Below, piece after piece: positions 26,330-34,814 of a stretch of DNA of 64,000 nucleotides (positions are counted from its first letter, which is position 1; each line of letters begins with the position of its first letter). The stretch lies in the NCBI GenBank assembly GCA_963806335.1, contig CAWDXO010000009.1, positions 165,269-229,268 on the forward strand, read 5' to 3'. The notes below the pieces were generated by a model. It saw only the letters and a program-made list of their open reading frames with translations, did not search any database and was not told the origin of the DNA. Made by a program: the position numbers and the translations under genes. The DNA comes from an uncultured Actinomycetes bacterium (GTDB lineage: Bacteria > Actinomycetota > Actinomycetes > Streptosporangiales > Streptosporangiaceae).

Positions 26330-27654
26330 CGCATAAGAACGACCGCGTGCTCGCGGTCACCGAGCTGGCCCGGGTGGAAGGCGAAGGCGCCATGTACATC
26401 CGGGCCAGCGGAGGGCAAGTGGAGGAGGCGCGGCTCAACATCTACGAGCCGCCCCGCTTCTTCGAGGCGTTCCTGCGGGGCCGCGGCTACACCGAGCCGC
26501 CGGACATCACCGCCCGGGTCTGCGGCATCTGCCCGGTCGCCTATCAGATGAGCTCGTGCATGGCGATCGAGGACGCCTGCGGCGTCACCGTCGACGGGCC
26601 GATCGCCGACCTGCGCAGGCTGCTGTACTGCGGGGAGTGGATCGAGAGTCATGCGCTGCATATCTACCTGCTGCACGCGCCCGACTTCCTCGGCTTCGGG
26701 AGCGGGATCGAGATGGCGGTGGCGCGGCGGGACATCGTGGAGCGCGGCCTGGCGCTGAAGAAGGCGGGCAACGCGATCATGGAGGTGGTAGGCGGCCGGG
26801 CCATCCACCCGGTCAACGTGCGCGTCGGCGGCTTCTACCGGGTGCCCACCCGGGCCGAACTCGGCACGCTCGCCGACCAGCTGCGGCGAGCGCTCGACGG
26901 CGCGCTCGACACGGTGCGCTGGGTGGCCGGATTCGATTTCCCTGATCACGCCAGCCAGCAGGACCTGCTCGCCATGTCCCGCCCGGGTACCTACCCGATC
27001 GAGCGGGGGAACCTGGTGACGCGCTCGGGTCTGGCGTTCACCGCGGCCCAGTTCGACGAGCACGTGGTCGAGGAACAGGTACCGTACTCCACCGCGCTGC
27101 ACGCTCACCTGGCCGGCGGAGGCACGTACCTCACCGGCCCGCTGGCCCGCTACTCGCTGAACTCGCGCTGGCTGTCACCGCTGGCGCGGGAGGCAGCACA
27201 CGCGGCCGGGCTCGGCCCGGCCTGCGACAACCCGTTCCGCAGCATCATCGTGCGCGCGGTGGAGGTGGTCTACGCGATCGAGGAGGCGCTGCGCCTCATC
27301 ACCGCCTACGAGCCGCCCGGCCTCCCGGCCGTGGCGGTGCGCCCCCGTGCTGGTGTCGGATACGGGGTAACCGAGGCGCCCAGGGGCATCTTGTACAACC
27401 GGTATGAAATCAGCGCGGACGGCCTGGTGACCAGCGCCCGCATCGTGCCCCCGACCTCCCAGAGCCTGGCGGCCATGGAGGCTGACCTGCGCGACTTCGT
27501 GCAGCTGCGGATCGACCTCGACGACGCCGAGCTCACCCGCCAGTGCGAGCGGGCGATCCGCAACTACGACCCGTGTATCTCCTGCTCGGCCCACTTTCTC
27601 GACCTCACCGTCGAAAGGTCGTTATGGCCAGGACCGACGGACCGGTCGTGGTGA
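26326..27654 (+). CDS. hyhL: [NiFe]-hydrogenase large subunit, group 3b (sulfhydrogenase alpha / HyhL type)
   Basis: ATG 26326 forms an ATGA overlap with the upstream stop. The N-terminal Ni-binding motif is RVCGICP and the C-terminal motif is DPCISCSAH. At about 442 aa it is collinear with Pyrococcus sulfhydrogenase alpha as I recall it. Confidence 0.85.
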   Translation: MTHKNDRVLAVTELARVEGEGAMYIRASGGQVEEARLNIYEPPRFFEAFLRGRGYTEPPDITARVCGICPVAYQMSSCMAIEDACGVTVDGPIADLRRLLYCGEWIESHALHIYLLHAPDFLGFGSGIEMAVARRDIVERGLALKKAGNAIMEVVGGRAIHPVNVRVGGFYRVPTRAELGTLADQLRRALDGALDTVRWVAGFDFPDHASQQDLLAMSRPGTYPIERGNLVTRSGLAFTAAQFDEHVVEEQVPYSTALHAHLAGGGTYLTGPLARYSLNSRWLSPLAREAAHAAGLGPACDNPFRSIIVRAVEVVYAIEEALRLITAYEPPGLPAVAVRPRAGVGYGVTEAPRGILYNRYEISADGLVTSARIVPPTSQSLAAMEADLRDFVQLRIDLDDAELTRQCERAIRNYDPCISCSAHFLDLTVERSLWPGPTDRSW

Positions 27655-28088
27655 TCGGCGTGGGTAACGAGTTCCGCCGCGACGACGGGGCCGGGCCCGT
27701 GGTGGTCAGCAAGCTGCGCGACGTCGTGCCGCCGGACGTGCGGCTGGTGGTCACCGACGGCGAGCCGGTGCGGCTGATGGAGGCCTGGACCGGAGCGGCG
27801 CTCGCCGTCGTCGTCGACGCGGTCCGCGCTGATCCGCCGCGGCCGGGCCAGACGTACCGTTTCCTGGTCGACCGGCCGCAGACCGGGCCGCGACGGCCCG
27901 CGAGTTCGCACGGCCTCGGCCTTGATGACGCGATCAGCCTGGCACTCGCATTGGACCGCATGCCCGGCCAGCTGATCGTGCACGCGATCGAGGCGGCCGA
28001 CCTGACCCAGGGCCCCGGCCTGTCGCCATCGGTCGCGGCGGCCGTCGACACCGTGGTGAGCGCCGTCATCGCCGACGTTTGCGCATAG
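27624..28088 (+). CDS. Hydrogenase maturation endopeptidase (HycI/HoxW family)
   Basis: Motifs: VVVIGVGNEFRRDDGAGP...SSHGLGL. It overlaps the hyhL 3' end by 31 nt. Confidence 0.8.
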   Translation: MARTDGPVVVIGVGNEFRRDDGAGPVVVSKLRDVVPPDVRLVVTDGEPVRLMEAWTGAALAVVVDAVRADPPRPGQTYRFLVDRPQTGPRRPASSHGLGLDDAISLALALDRMPGQLIVHAIEAADLTQGPGLSPSVAAAVDTVVSAVIADVCA

Positions 28089-28097
28089 CGCAGCCGT

Positions 28098-28886
28098 TCA
28101 CTCCGCCGGTGACGGGCCGGCCGTCCTGGCCGCGGCGAAGGCGGGAGCGGCGGCGTTGAAGGTGGCGAAAATTCGCCGCACTTCTGCCTCGGTCAGCCCG
28201 AGGCGCCGGAGCTGGGGGGTGAGGGCGGCGAGGTTCGGCGTGTCCACCGGGCCGAAACAGCCGTAGCAGCCCCGGCCGAAGGCGGGGCAGATCGCCCCGC
28301 AGCCGGCCTGGGTCACCGGCCCGAGGCAGGGCGTACCGTGCGCCACCATCACGCACGACGTGCCCCGCAGCTTGCAGTCATGACAGACGCTGTGCTTAGG
28401 CAGGCGGGGCTCCCGGCCCGCCAGCAGAGCGGTCAGCAGCTCGAGCAGCTGCCGGGAATCGATCGGGCAGCCGCGCAACTCGAAATCGACCGCAACATGA
28501 TCGGATACCGGCGTCGAGGTCGCCAGGGTCGAGATGTACTCGGGTCGCGCGTACACCACCGAGGTGAACTCCCTGACGTCGGCGAAGTTGCGCAGGGCCT
28601 GGATACCGCCCGAGGTAGCGCAGGCCCCGATGGTGACTAGTACCCGGGAGGCCGAGCGGATATCGGCGAGACGGCGGACGTCCCGCTCGGTGGTAACCGA
28701 GCCCTCCACCAGGGAAACGTCGTAGGGCCCGGCCACCTCGGTGCTTGACGCCTCGGTGAAGTGCGCGATCTCGACGGCGCCCGCGATCGCGAGCAGCTCG
28801 TCCTCGCAGTCGAGCAGGGTGAGCTGGCAGCCGTCGCAGGAAGCTAGCTTCCACACGGCCAGCTTGGGCTTATTAACGCCGGTCAT
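28098..28886 (-). CDS. hyhS: [NiFe]-hydrogenase small subunit, group 3b (delta / HyhS type)
   Basis: ATG 28886. Motifs: [14 protein letters not shown]...GACATSGGI...GCP, plus distal Cys clusters. Its start overlaps the hyhG stop by 1 nt. Confidence 0.85.
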   Translation of the reverse strand: MTGVNKPKLAVWKLASCDGCQLTLLDCEDELLAIAGAVEIAHFTEASSTEVAGPYDVSLVEGSVTTERDVRRLADIRSASRVLVTIGACATSGGIQALRNFADVREFTSVVYARPEYISTLATSTPVSDHVAVDFELRGCPIDSRQLLELLTALLAGREPRLPKHSVCHDCKLRGTSCVMVAHGTPCLGPVTQAGCGAICPAFGRGCYGCFGPVDTPNLAALTPQLRRLGLTEAEVRRIFATFNAAAPAFAAARTAGPSPAE

Positions 28887-29743
28887 CACAGCTCCTTCAG
28901 CGTCACAAGGGGAGCGGCCCCGGCGTAGCTGACCACCGGGCCGTCTCGGCAGAGCAGGAGCGGGCCCAGCTGGCAGTGGCCGCAGAGCGCGGTACCGCAC
29001 CGCATGTTCCGCTCCAGGGAGACCTGGATGTCCGCGGCCGCGACCCCGCAGTTCACCAGCGCTTCGGCGGACCGCCGCATCATGATCTCCGGCCCGCAGA
29101 TGAATGCCGCTGTCCACGCGGGATCAACGACCGCGTCCTCGATGAGCCCGGTGATCAAGCCGACCCGACCGTCCCAGTCGGGGGTGCCGCGGTCCACCGT
29201 GACCCGCACGTCGGCGCCGCGCTGGCGCCAGGTCCTGAGCTCGCGGGTGAAGATCAGGTCGTCCGGTGACCGCGCGCCGACCAGCAGGACCACCCGGTCG
29301 TACCTGGCCCGCGCGGCGAGGGCCGCCAGCACCACCGGACGCAGCGGGGCGAGCCCGATACCACCCGCCACGATCAGCGCGTCCCGGCCGTCGGCGCGGC
29401 GCAGCCGCCAGTCGGTGCCGAACGGCCCGCGCACCCCGATCATGTCGCCGGGCGCCGCGGCGCACAGGGCGCGGGTCGTCGCCCCGACCGCCCGGATCGT
29501 ATGAACGAGCGGGCCCGCGCCGCCATGGAAGCCGCTGACCGAGACCGGGACCTCGCCCACGCCGAAGGTATACAGCATGGTGAACTGGCCCGGACGCGGC
29601 GGCGGGATCGCGTCGTCCACCGGTCGCAGCATCAGCGTCACCGTGTCGTGGGTCTCGGCGCGCCGCGCCGCCACGACGTAGCGCGCGGGCCGCATCGGCG
29701 CTCCCGGGACCGGGGGGACGGAACGCTCCCACACCATCGTCAT
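28886..29743 (-). CDS. hyhG: Hydrogenase gamma subunit, FNR-like FAD/NAD(P)-binding with C-terminal 2Fe-2S (HyhG type)
   Basis: ATG 29743 forms an ATGA overlap with the hyhB stop. Motifs: [31 protein letters not shown]. Confidence 0.8.
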   Translation of the reverse strand: MTMVWERSVPPVPGAPMRPARYVVAARRAETHDTVTLMLRPVDDAIPPPRPGQFTMLYTFGVGEVPVSVSGFHGGAGPLVHTIRAVGATTRALCAAAPGDMIGVRGPFGTDWRLRRADGRDALIVAGGIGLAPLRPVVLAALAARARYDRVVLLVGARSPDDLIFTRELRTWRQRGADVRVTVDRGTPDWDGRVGLITGLIEDAVVDPAWTAAFICGPEIMMRRSAEALVNCGVAAADIQVSLERNMRCGTALCGHCQLGPLLLCRDGPVVSYAGAAPLVTLKEL

Positions 29744-30897
29744 GACCCCTCCCCCGCTGGCCGATCGCGCTCCGCGCGCAGGGCCCGGGTTTCCTCGGTG
29801 AGATCGATGCCCGCCGGGCACCACACGATGCACCGTCCGCAGCCCACGCAGCCGGACGAGCCGAACTGGTCGTGCCAGGTGCCGAGCTTGTGGGTAAGCC
29901 ACTGCCGATACCGGCTCGCTCCCGACACCCGCACGCTGCCGCCATGCAGGTAGGAAAAGTCCAGGTCGAAACAGGAATCCCAGCGCTGCCAGCGCTCGGC
30001 GTGCCCGCCGGTCAGGTCGGTGGTGTCCTCGACCGTGGTGCAGAAACACGTCGGGCAAGCCAGGGTGCAATTGCCGCAGGTCAGACAGCGCGCGGCGACG
30101 TCATCCCAGCGGGCGGCCTGGTGGCTGTCCGTCATCAGGTCCCGCAGGTCGCAGGTGTCCAGCTGGCGGCCCATCCGGTCCACCGCGGCGTCCACCGCCG
30201 ACCGTGCCCGCCGGATGGTGGCGTCGTCCGCCCGCTCGTTCGGCACCTGCGTCAGGACGTCCGCGCCGTCGGCCGAGCCGATGTTGACGAGGAACCGGTG
30301 CCCGTGGTCGTCGAGCAGTTCGGTGAGCGCCAGGTCGAAGACTTCCCCGGCGCTGCCCGGACCGGTGCCCATTGAGGCGCAGAAGCAGGTCTCCCCCGGC
30401 TCGGTGCAGTTCACCGCGATGATGAACACGCCGGAGCGGCGGGCCGCGTACCCTGAGCCTGCCCGGCCGAGGACCTGATCCTGGATCGCGATCGCCCGCA
30501 GGTCACACGGGCGGACACCGAGGAACGCGTACCGCGGGGGTTCGTCCTGGCCGGGATCGTCGGACACCTCGAATCCATTGCCGGTACGCGTCGCCGACCA
30601 GAGCCGCTCCCGCGGCGGGTGCAGGAACCGCTTCCAGCTTTGCGGTCCCGCCACGTGACCGAAGGCGGCCGTATCATCGCGGCGGCGCAGCCGGTATCCG
30701 CCCGGCTCGAGCCGGACTCCCCAGCCGAAGGGCAGTTCCCCGGCCGACGACAGCTCGGCGAGCACGATGGCACCGTCCCGGACCGTCGGCCCGACGACGC
30801 GGTAACCCTGAGCGACCAGTGCCCGATACAGATCACCGAGACCCTCGACATCGATAAGCCGGGGGACGTCAATCGCAAGTCCGGTAGCCATTACCAC
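29740..30897 (-). CDS. hyhB: Hydrogenase beta subunit, 4Fe-4S dicluster protein (HyhB / AsrA-like)
   Basis: Motifs: CLTCGNCTLACPTCFC and CVGCGRCIVWCPAGID. It is the first gene of the hyhBGS unit. Confidence 0.8.
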   Translation of the reverse strand: MVMATGLAIDVPRLIDVEGLGDLYRALVAQGYRVVGPTVRDGAIVLAELSSAGELPFGWGVRLEPGGYRLRRRDDTAAFGHVAGPQSWKRFLHPPRERLWSATRTGNGFEVSDDPGQDEPPRYAFLGVRPCDLRAIAIQDQVLGRAGSGYAARRSGVFIIAVNCTEPGETCFCASMGTGPGSAGEVFDLALTELLDDHGHRFLVNIGSADGADVLTQVPNERADDATIRRARSAVDAAVDRMGRQLDTCDLRDLMTDSHQAARWDDVAARCLTCGNCTLACPTCFCTTVEDTTDLTGGHAERWQRWDSCFDLDFSYLHGGSVRVSGASRYRQWLTHKLGTWHDQFGSSGCVGCGRCIVWCPAGIDLTEETRALRAERDRPAGEGS

Positions 30898-30989
30898 TGT
30901 CCGTTCGGCCGATAAGGGATTTTGATCTTTCTTCCCTCACCGTCCCGCCGCGGGCCGCCGACGGTCATGGGCGTTGGTTCGTAGTACGC

Positions 30990-31003
30990 GGGTCCTTAGT
31001 CCT
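30990..31003. promoter_or_regulatory. Candidate DevR/DosR-type operator, GGGTCCTTAGTCCT (2 mismatches)
   Basis: About 95 nt upstream of the hyhB start. An AT-rich stretch lies at 30915..30935. Confidence 0.35.
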
Positions 31004-31030
31004 GCGATCGGCCGCGCGCAGGAGCGCGGA

Positions 31031-31981
31031 TCAGGACCCGGCGGCCGCCTGGGCCAGCTCGAGCAAGTTGTGCAGGTCACGTGACGCTTCCAGGGCGGAA
31101 ACCCCGGAGACCGCGACGAGCAGGACGGCGGCGGCGAGCAACACCAGCTGGGGCCGCGGCGCCGGGCGGAGCAGGGCCGCGACACGGTGCGGAACGGGCC
31201 CGGGGCCGCGCCTGAGCTGCGGCAGCGCGACCGCACCGAGCGCCACCGCCGGACCGGGACGGCGGTGCGGGTCCGCTGAGGCCGCGATGGCGGCCTGGGC
31301 GACGGCGCGGGCCGCGAGGGGCCGGTCCCCGGTGACCGCGGCGGCATGCTCATCGGCCCATCGTTCTACCGTGTAGCCGACGGCGGCGGCGACCGGGCGG
31401 AGCAGCGGGTTGGCGGCGGCGGCCAGCCGGGCCGCGCTGGTGAACAGGTAGTGGAACCACACGGCGTGGGCCCGTTCGTGGGCCAGCAGGACCTTCTGCT
31501 CGGACGAGCTGAGCGCGCGCATCATGCCGGCGGTAACCACGATCCGGCACGGCCAGCCGGGCAGGGTGTACGCGTCGGCGGTCTCCTCCTCGGTGACCAC
31601 GACCTGACCGGACCCGGGCAGTCGGCGGGCCTGCCCGAACGCGGCGGCCAGGGCGCTGCCGCGGTGCCACAGCGCCCGCCCGGCCGCGGTAGCGGAGATG
31701 GCCAGCAGCGCCCCCGCGGCCACGGCGACCGGCAGCGAGGCGGGGTCACCATGGCTGAACACCGGCGCGGACATGCCGCCAACCTGGTCGACCAGGGGAA
31801 TCCGGAACAGCGCGGTCAGTGCGAGCAGCCCCAGCACGGCGCTGCTGGCCGCGGCCAGCACTAGCGCGCTGCCGGCCAGCAGCCAGGTGGCGGCGGCCGG
31901 CGGCAGCCGCCGGGACAGCGGCCTCGCCGCCAGGGCCGCCAGCAGCGGCACCACGAGCGGGAAGTAAATCACCATGTCCAT
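31031..31981 (-). CDS. M56/M48-type membrane metalloprotease, BlaR1-like signal transducer without a penicillin-binding sensor domain
   Basis: Several TM helices and the HExxH motif in LLAHERAHAVWFH. It lies immediately downstream of the BlaI-family gene. Confidence 0.7.
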   Translation of the reverse strand: MDMVIYFPLVVPLLAALAARPLSRRLPPAAATWLLAGSALVLAAASSAVLGLLALTALFRIPLVDQVGGMSAPVFSHGDPASLPVAVAAGALLAISATAAGRALWHRGSALAAAFGQARRLPGSGQVVVTEEETADAYTLPGWPCRIVVTAGMMRALSSSEQKVLLAHERAHAVWFHYLFTSAARLAAAANPLLRPVAAAVGYTVERWADEHAAAVTGDRPLAARAVAQAAIAASADPHRRPGPAVALGAVALPQLRRGPGPVPHRVAALLRPAPRPQLVLLAAAVLLVAVSGVSALEASRDLHNLLELAQAAAGS

Positions 31982-31995
31982 CAGCGGTCCCCAGG

Positions 31996-32412
31996 TCAGC
32001 CGCGTGCCGCAGGACCTGGCACGTCACCGAGCATCCGCCGCAGCAGTTCCTCGTCGGCACCGGACAGGCCGGAGACGAACCGGGCAAGTACCGCCTCCCG
32101 GTCAGCCTCGGCGTCCAGCACCCGGGCCATCCGGCGAGCCGCCAGGCCAGGCTCGTCCGCAACGGGCGCGTACAGGTAGGCGCGCCCGGCCTTGTGCCGG
32201 TGGAGCACGCCCTTGGCGTGCAGCCGCGACAAGATCGTGACCACGGTCGTGTAGGCCAGGCCGTCGTCCAGGTGGTCCCGGACCTGGCCCGGCGACAGTG
32301 GCTGGCCGGCGGCATGCAGGACGGCGAGCACCGCGGTCTCCAGTTCCCCCGCCCCCCGCCGGGAGCTCAGGACGTCACCGAGCGCCTCCGGGCCGCCGTT
32401 CTTGTCTCCCAT
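31996..32412 (-). CDS. BlaI/MecI/CopY-family transcriptional repressor
   Basis: Winged-helix part: ELETAVLAVLHAAGQPLSPGQVRDHL...YTTVVTILSRLHAKGVLHR...GRAYLYAPV. Confidence 0.8.
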   Translation of the reverse strand: MGDKNGGPEALGDVLSSRRGAGELETAVLAVLHAAGQPLSPGQVRDHLDDGLAYTTVVTILSRLHAKGVLHRHKAGRAYLYAPVADEPGLAARRMARVLDAEADREAVLARFVSGLSGADEELLRRMLGDVPGPAARG

Positions 32413-32447
32413 AACCGCCCGCCTGTTCCCCCGTCGCGGAGTAGCAT

Positions 32448-32461
32448 CTACATCAGTGTAG
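32448..32461. promoter_or_regulatory. Candidate BlaI-family operator, CTACATCAGTGTAG
   Basis: A TACA/TGTA dyad 36 nt upstream of the repressor gene, in the divergent region shared with uppP. An extra TGTAG lies at 32476. Confidence 0.5.
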
Positions 32462-32568
32462 TATTTCTATGGCTGTGTAGACGTCCAATTGTGCCAGTGT
32501 GCCACAAAGAGAAAGCCTGCTCCGGCCGATACGGTGGGGAGCTCAGCCGGAGAAAGCGAGCTTGACCG

Positions 32569-33627
32569 ATGTCGCATCTGACCTACGCCGAGGCTATGGT
32601 CGTCGGCCTGATCCAGGGCGTGACCGAGCTGTTCCCGGTCTCCAGCCTCGGCCACAGCGTGCTGATCCCCGCCCTGATCGGCGGCTCGTGGGCCCAGGAC
32701 CTGAACGTCTCCAAGTCCGAGTCTCCCTACCTGGCCTTCATTGTCGGCCTGCACGTCGCCACCGCGCTAGCGATGATCATCTACTTCTGGCGGGACTGGC
32801 TGCGGATCATCGGCGGTTTCTTCACCTCGCTGCGCGACCGGCAGATCCGTACGCCGGATCAGCGGCTGGCGTGGCTGATCATCGTGGCGACCATCCCGGT
32901 CGGCATCGCCGGGCTGCTGCTCGAGCACCTGTTCCGGGTGGTGTTCAGCAAGCCCATCCTCACCGCGATATTCCTGGCGTGCAACGGTCTCATTCTGTTC
33001 GCCGGTGAGTGGCGACGGCGCCGCACTCTGGCCGAGATTGCCGACAGGGAGGCCAGCGTGTCAGCTGCGCCGGCCGACGCGGCATCGGCGCTGGCCAGGG
33101 AGCGGGCGGTGGCGGGCGCGGTGGGAGGCCCGGTTACCGGCGGGCCTAGACACGCTAGGCCGACCACATCAGCGGCGGGCGCCGACGGGCCGCCCAGCCG
33201 TCAGGAAGAGACCGAAGCGGGCGTGCGGGCTGACCGCCGTCTGGCCGGGATGGGGTTCTGGCAGGTCCTGCTGCTCGGCGGCTCCCAGATCCTGGCGCTG
33301 CTGCCTGGCATCAGCCGGGACGGCATGGTCACCGTAACCGGTATTTTCCGCGGCCTGTCGCGGGAGGACGCCGTCCGGTTCTCTTTCCTGCTGTCCGCCC
33401 CGGTGATCCTGGCCGCCGGCGCGCTGAAGATCCCCGACCTGACCGGCCCGCTCGGCGCCGGGATCCGCGGCCAGGTCCTGGTCGGCAGCCTGTTCTCGTT
33501 CATCGGCGCTTACCTGTCGGTCCGCTTCCTGACTCGTTACTTCAGTAAGTCCGGCACCCTCACCCCGTTCGCGATCTACTGCCTGGCCGCCGGACTGGGC
33601 AGCCTGATCTACCTGCTGGTCCGCTGA
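32569..33627 (+). CDS. uppP: Undecaprenyl-diphosphate phosphatase with an approximately 75-aa Ala/Gly/Pro-rich insertion
   Basis: Motifs: GLIQGVTELFPVSSLGHS at the N-terminus and PGISRDG centrally. The product is 352 aa; my recollection is that typical UppP proteins are shorter. Confidence 0.85.
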   Translation: MSHLTYAEAMVVGLIQGVTELFPVSSLGHSVLIPALIGGSWAQDLNVSKSESPYLAFIVGLHVATALAMIIYFWRDWLRIIGGFFTSLRDRQIRTPDQRLAWLIIVATIPVGIAGLLLEHLFRVVFSKPILTAIFLACNGLILFAGEWRRRRTLAEIADREASVSAAPADAASALARERAVAGAVGGPVTGGPRHARPTTSAAGADGPPSRQEETEAGVRADRRLAGMGFWQVLLLGGSQILALLPGISRDGMVTVTGIFRGLSREDAVRFSFLLSAPVILAAGALKIPDLTGPLGAGIRGQVLVGSLFSFIGAYLSVRFLTRYFSKSGTLTPFAIYCLAAGLGSLIYLLVR

Positions 33628-33628
33628 C

Positions 33629-34690
33629 TCAGGGCCGCAGCCGCGCGCTGGGCGGCTGGACAGGCGCGGGGAAGGCCAGGACGGCGACGAAGTCCCTGGT
33701 CCAGCCCACGAGGTACTGGTCGGCCGGACGGTACTGACCGGGCACCGCCGTCCGGAGCGAACCGCCCGGCCGCCCGGCCACATCCAGCTGGACCCACTCG
33801 GGGTTGATATCAAGCTCCATCGCGATCCTGGCGCCGTCGTAGGCCAGCACAGCCGCCAGGTCGGCGGGCGTCGTGGACATACTCGCGGCGTAGAGGAGGT
33901 CGCCGGCGGCGTTCTGGCCGAGCGCGCTGCGGGCGACGTACTCCCCGCCGATCGTCGCGCCCCACTGGCTCCAGTCGGCCGCGGCCGGCGCGGGCTGGCC
34001 GTTCAGGACCAGCGACGGCAGATTCTGCCGGACGCTGTACACCGCCTCGCCCGGTGCGGGCACGCCGCGGCCCCAGATCCCGATCGTGGCCTGGCCCGCG
34101 CTGTCGATGACCAGGCTAGCCAGGCCACGGCGGAGCGGGCTGATCACGTCGCCCTCCTGCTCGTACCCGCCCACACCCGCGGAGAGCTTGAACCCGCCGT
34201 TGAACGCGGCCAGCAGTTGCCCACGCTCGGCACCGGTCACGACCGGGCCGGCCCGGACCCGCCCCGCCGCGGCCGCCCCTGGATCAAGGCTGCCGTTGTG
34301 CAGGACATACCGCACCGGACCCCGGATGGTCGCGACGGTCACTACGGAGCCGTCCGGGGTCCGGCTCCGGGTTAGCGTGATGCGCGGCATGGGCGCCGCC
34401 GGCAGCGCGACCGGGCCCGCGCCGGCCGCCTGGGCTGGGTCCGGGCGGGCTGGGGTATCTGGTCCGGCCGGGGTATCTGGTCCGGCCGGGGTATCTGGTC
34501 CGGCCGGGGTATCTGGTCCGGCCGGGGTATCTGGTCCGGCCGGGGTAGGCGAGGCAGGGCGCGCGCTGGCGCGGCCGGAGGTACTGGCGCGGCTGGAGGG
34601 CTCGCCTGGGTGGGTCACGGCGGGCGGAGCGCTGCACGCCGCGAGCGCGCACAGCCCGGCCAGCGCGCCCGCCGTCCAGAACCTGCGCAT
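33629..34690 (-). CDS. Lipoprotein, probable phosphodiester-glycosidase (DUF2233-like) family, with a (PDTPAG)5 linker
   Basis: Signal peptide with lipobox (LCALAAC). Motifs: FNGGFKL and AMELDINPEWV. Confidence 0.55.
   Translation of the reverse strand: MRRFWTAGALAGLCALAACSAPPAVTHPGEPSSRASTSGRASARPASPTPAGPDTPAGPDTPAGPDTPAGPDTPAGPDTPARPDPAQAAGAGPVALPAAPMPRITLTRSRTPDGSVVTVATIRGPVRYVLHNGSLDPGAAAAGRVRAGPVVTGAERGQLLAAFNGGFKLSAGVGGYEQEGDVISPLRRGLASLVIDSAGQATIGIWGRGVPAPGEAVYSVRQNLPSLVLNGQPAPAAADWSQWGATIGGEYVARSALGQNAAGDLLYAASMSTTPADLAAVLAYDGARIAMELDINPEWVQLDVAGRPGGSLRTAVPGQYRPADQYLVGWTRDFVAVLAFPAPVQPPSARLRP
34452..34541. repeat. Perfect tandem repeat, 18 bp x 5, in frame inside the lipoprotein gene
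   Basis: Five copies of GGGGTATCTGGTCCGGCC encode PAGPDT repeats on the minus strand. Confidence 0.95.
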
Positions 34691-34746
34691 TCATGCACTC
34701 CCGGATGCCACAACGGCGGCTCGAAGAGACGGATCTTCTACATTTA

Positions 34747-34760
34747 TGTAGATGTTATAA
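34747..34760. promoter_or_regulatory. Candidate BlaI-family operator, CTACATTTATGTAG
   Basis: Same dyad and spacing as at 32448. It lies in the divergent region between the lipoprotein (-) and the DprE1-like gene (+). A second palindrome, GATGTTATAACATC, abuts it at 34761..34774. Confidence 0.5.
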
Positions 34761-34814
34761 CATCGCGGAGCCGGGGCAGCTCCCGCCGAGACCAGCGCGT
34801 AGCATTCTCTGACT

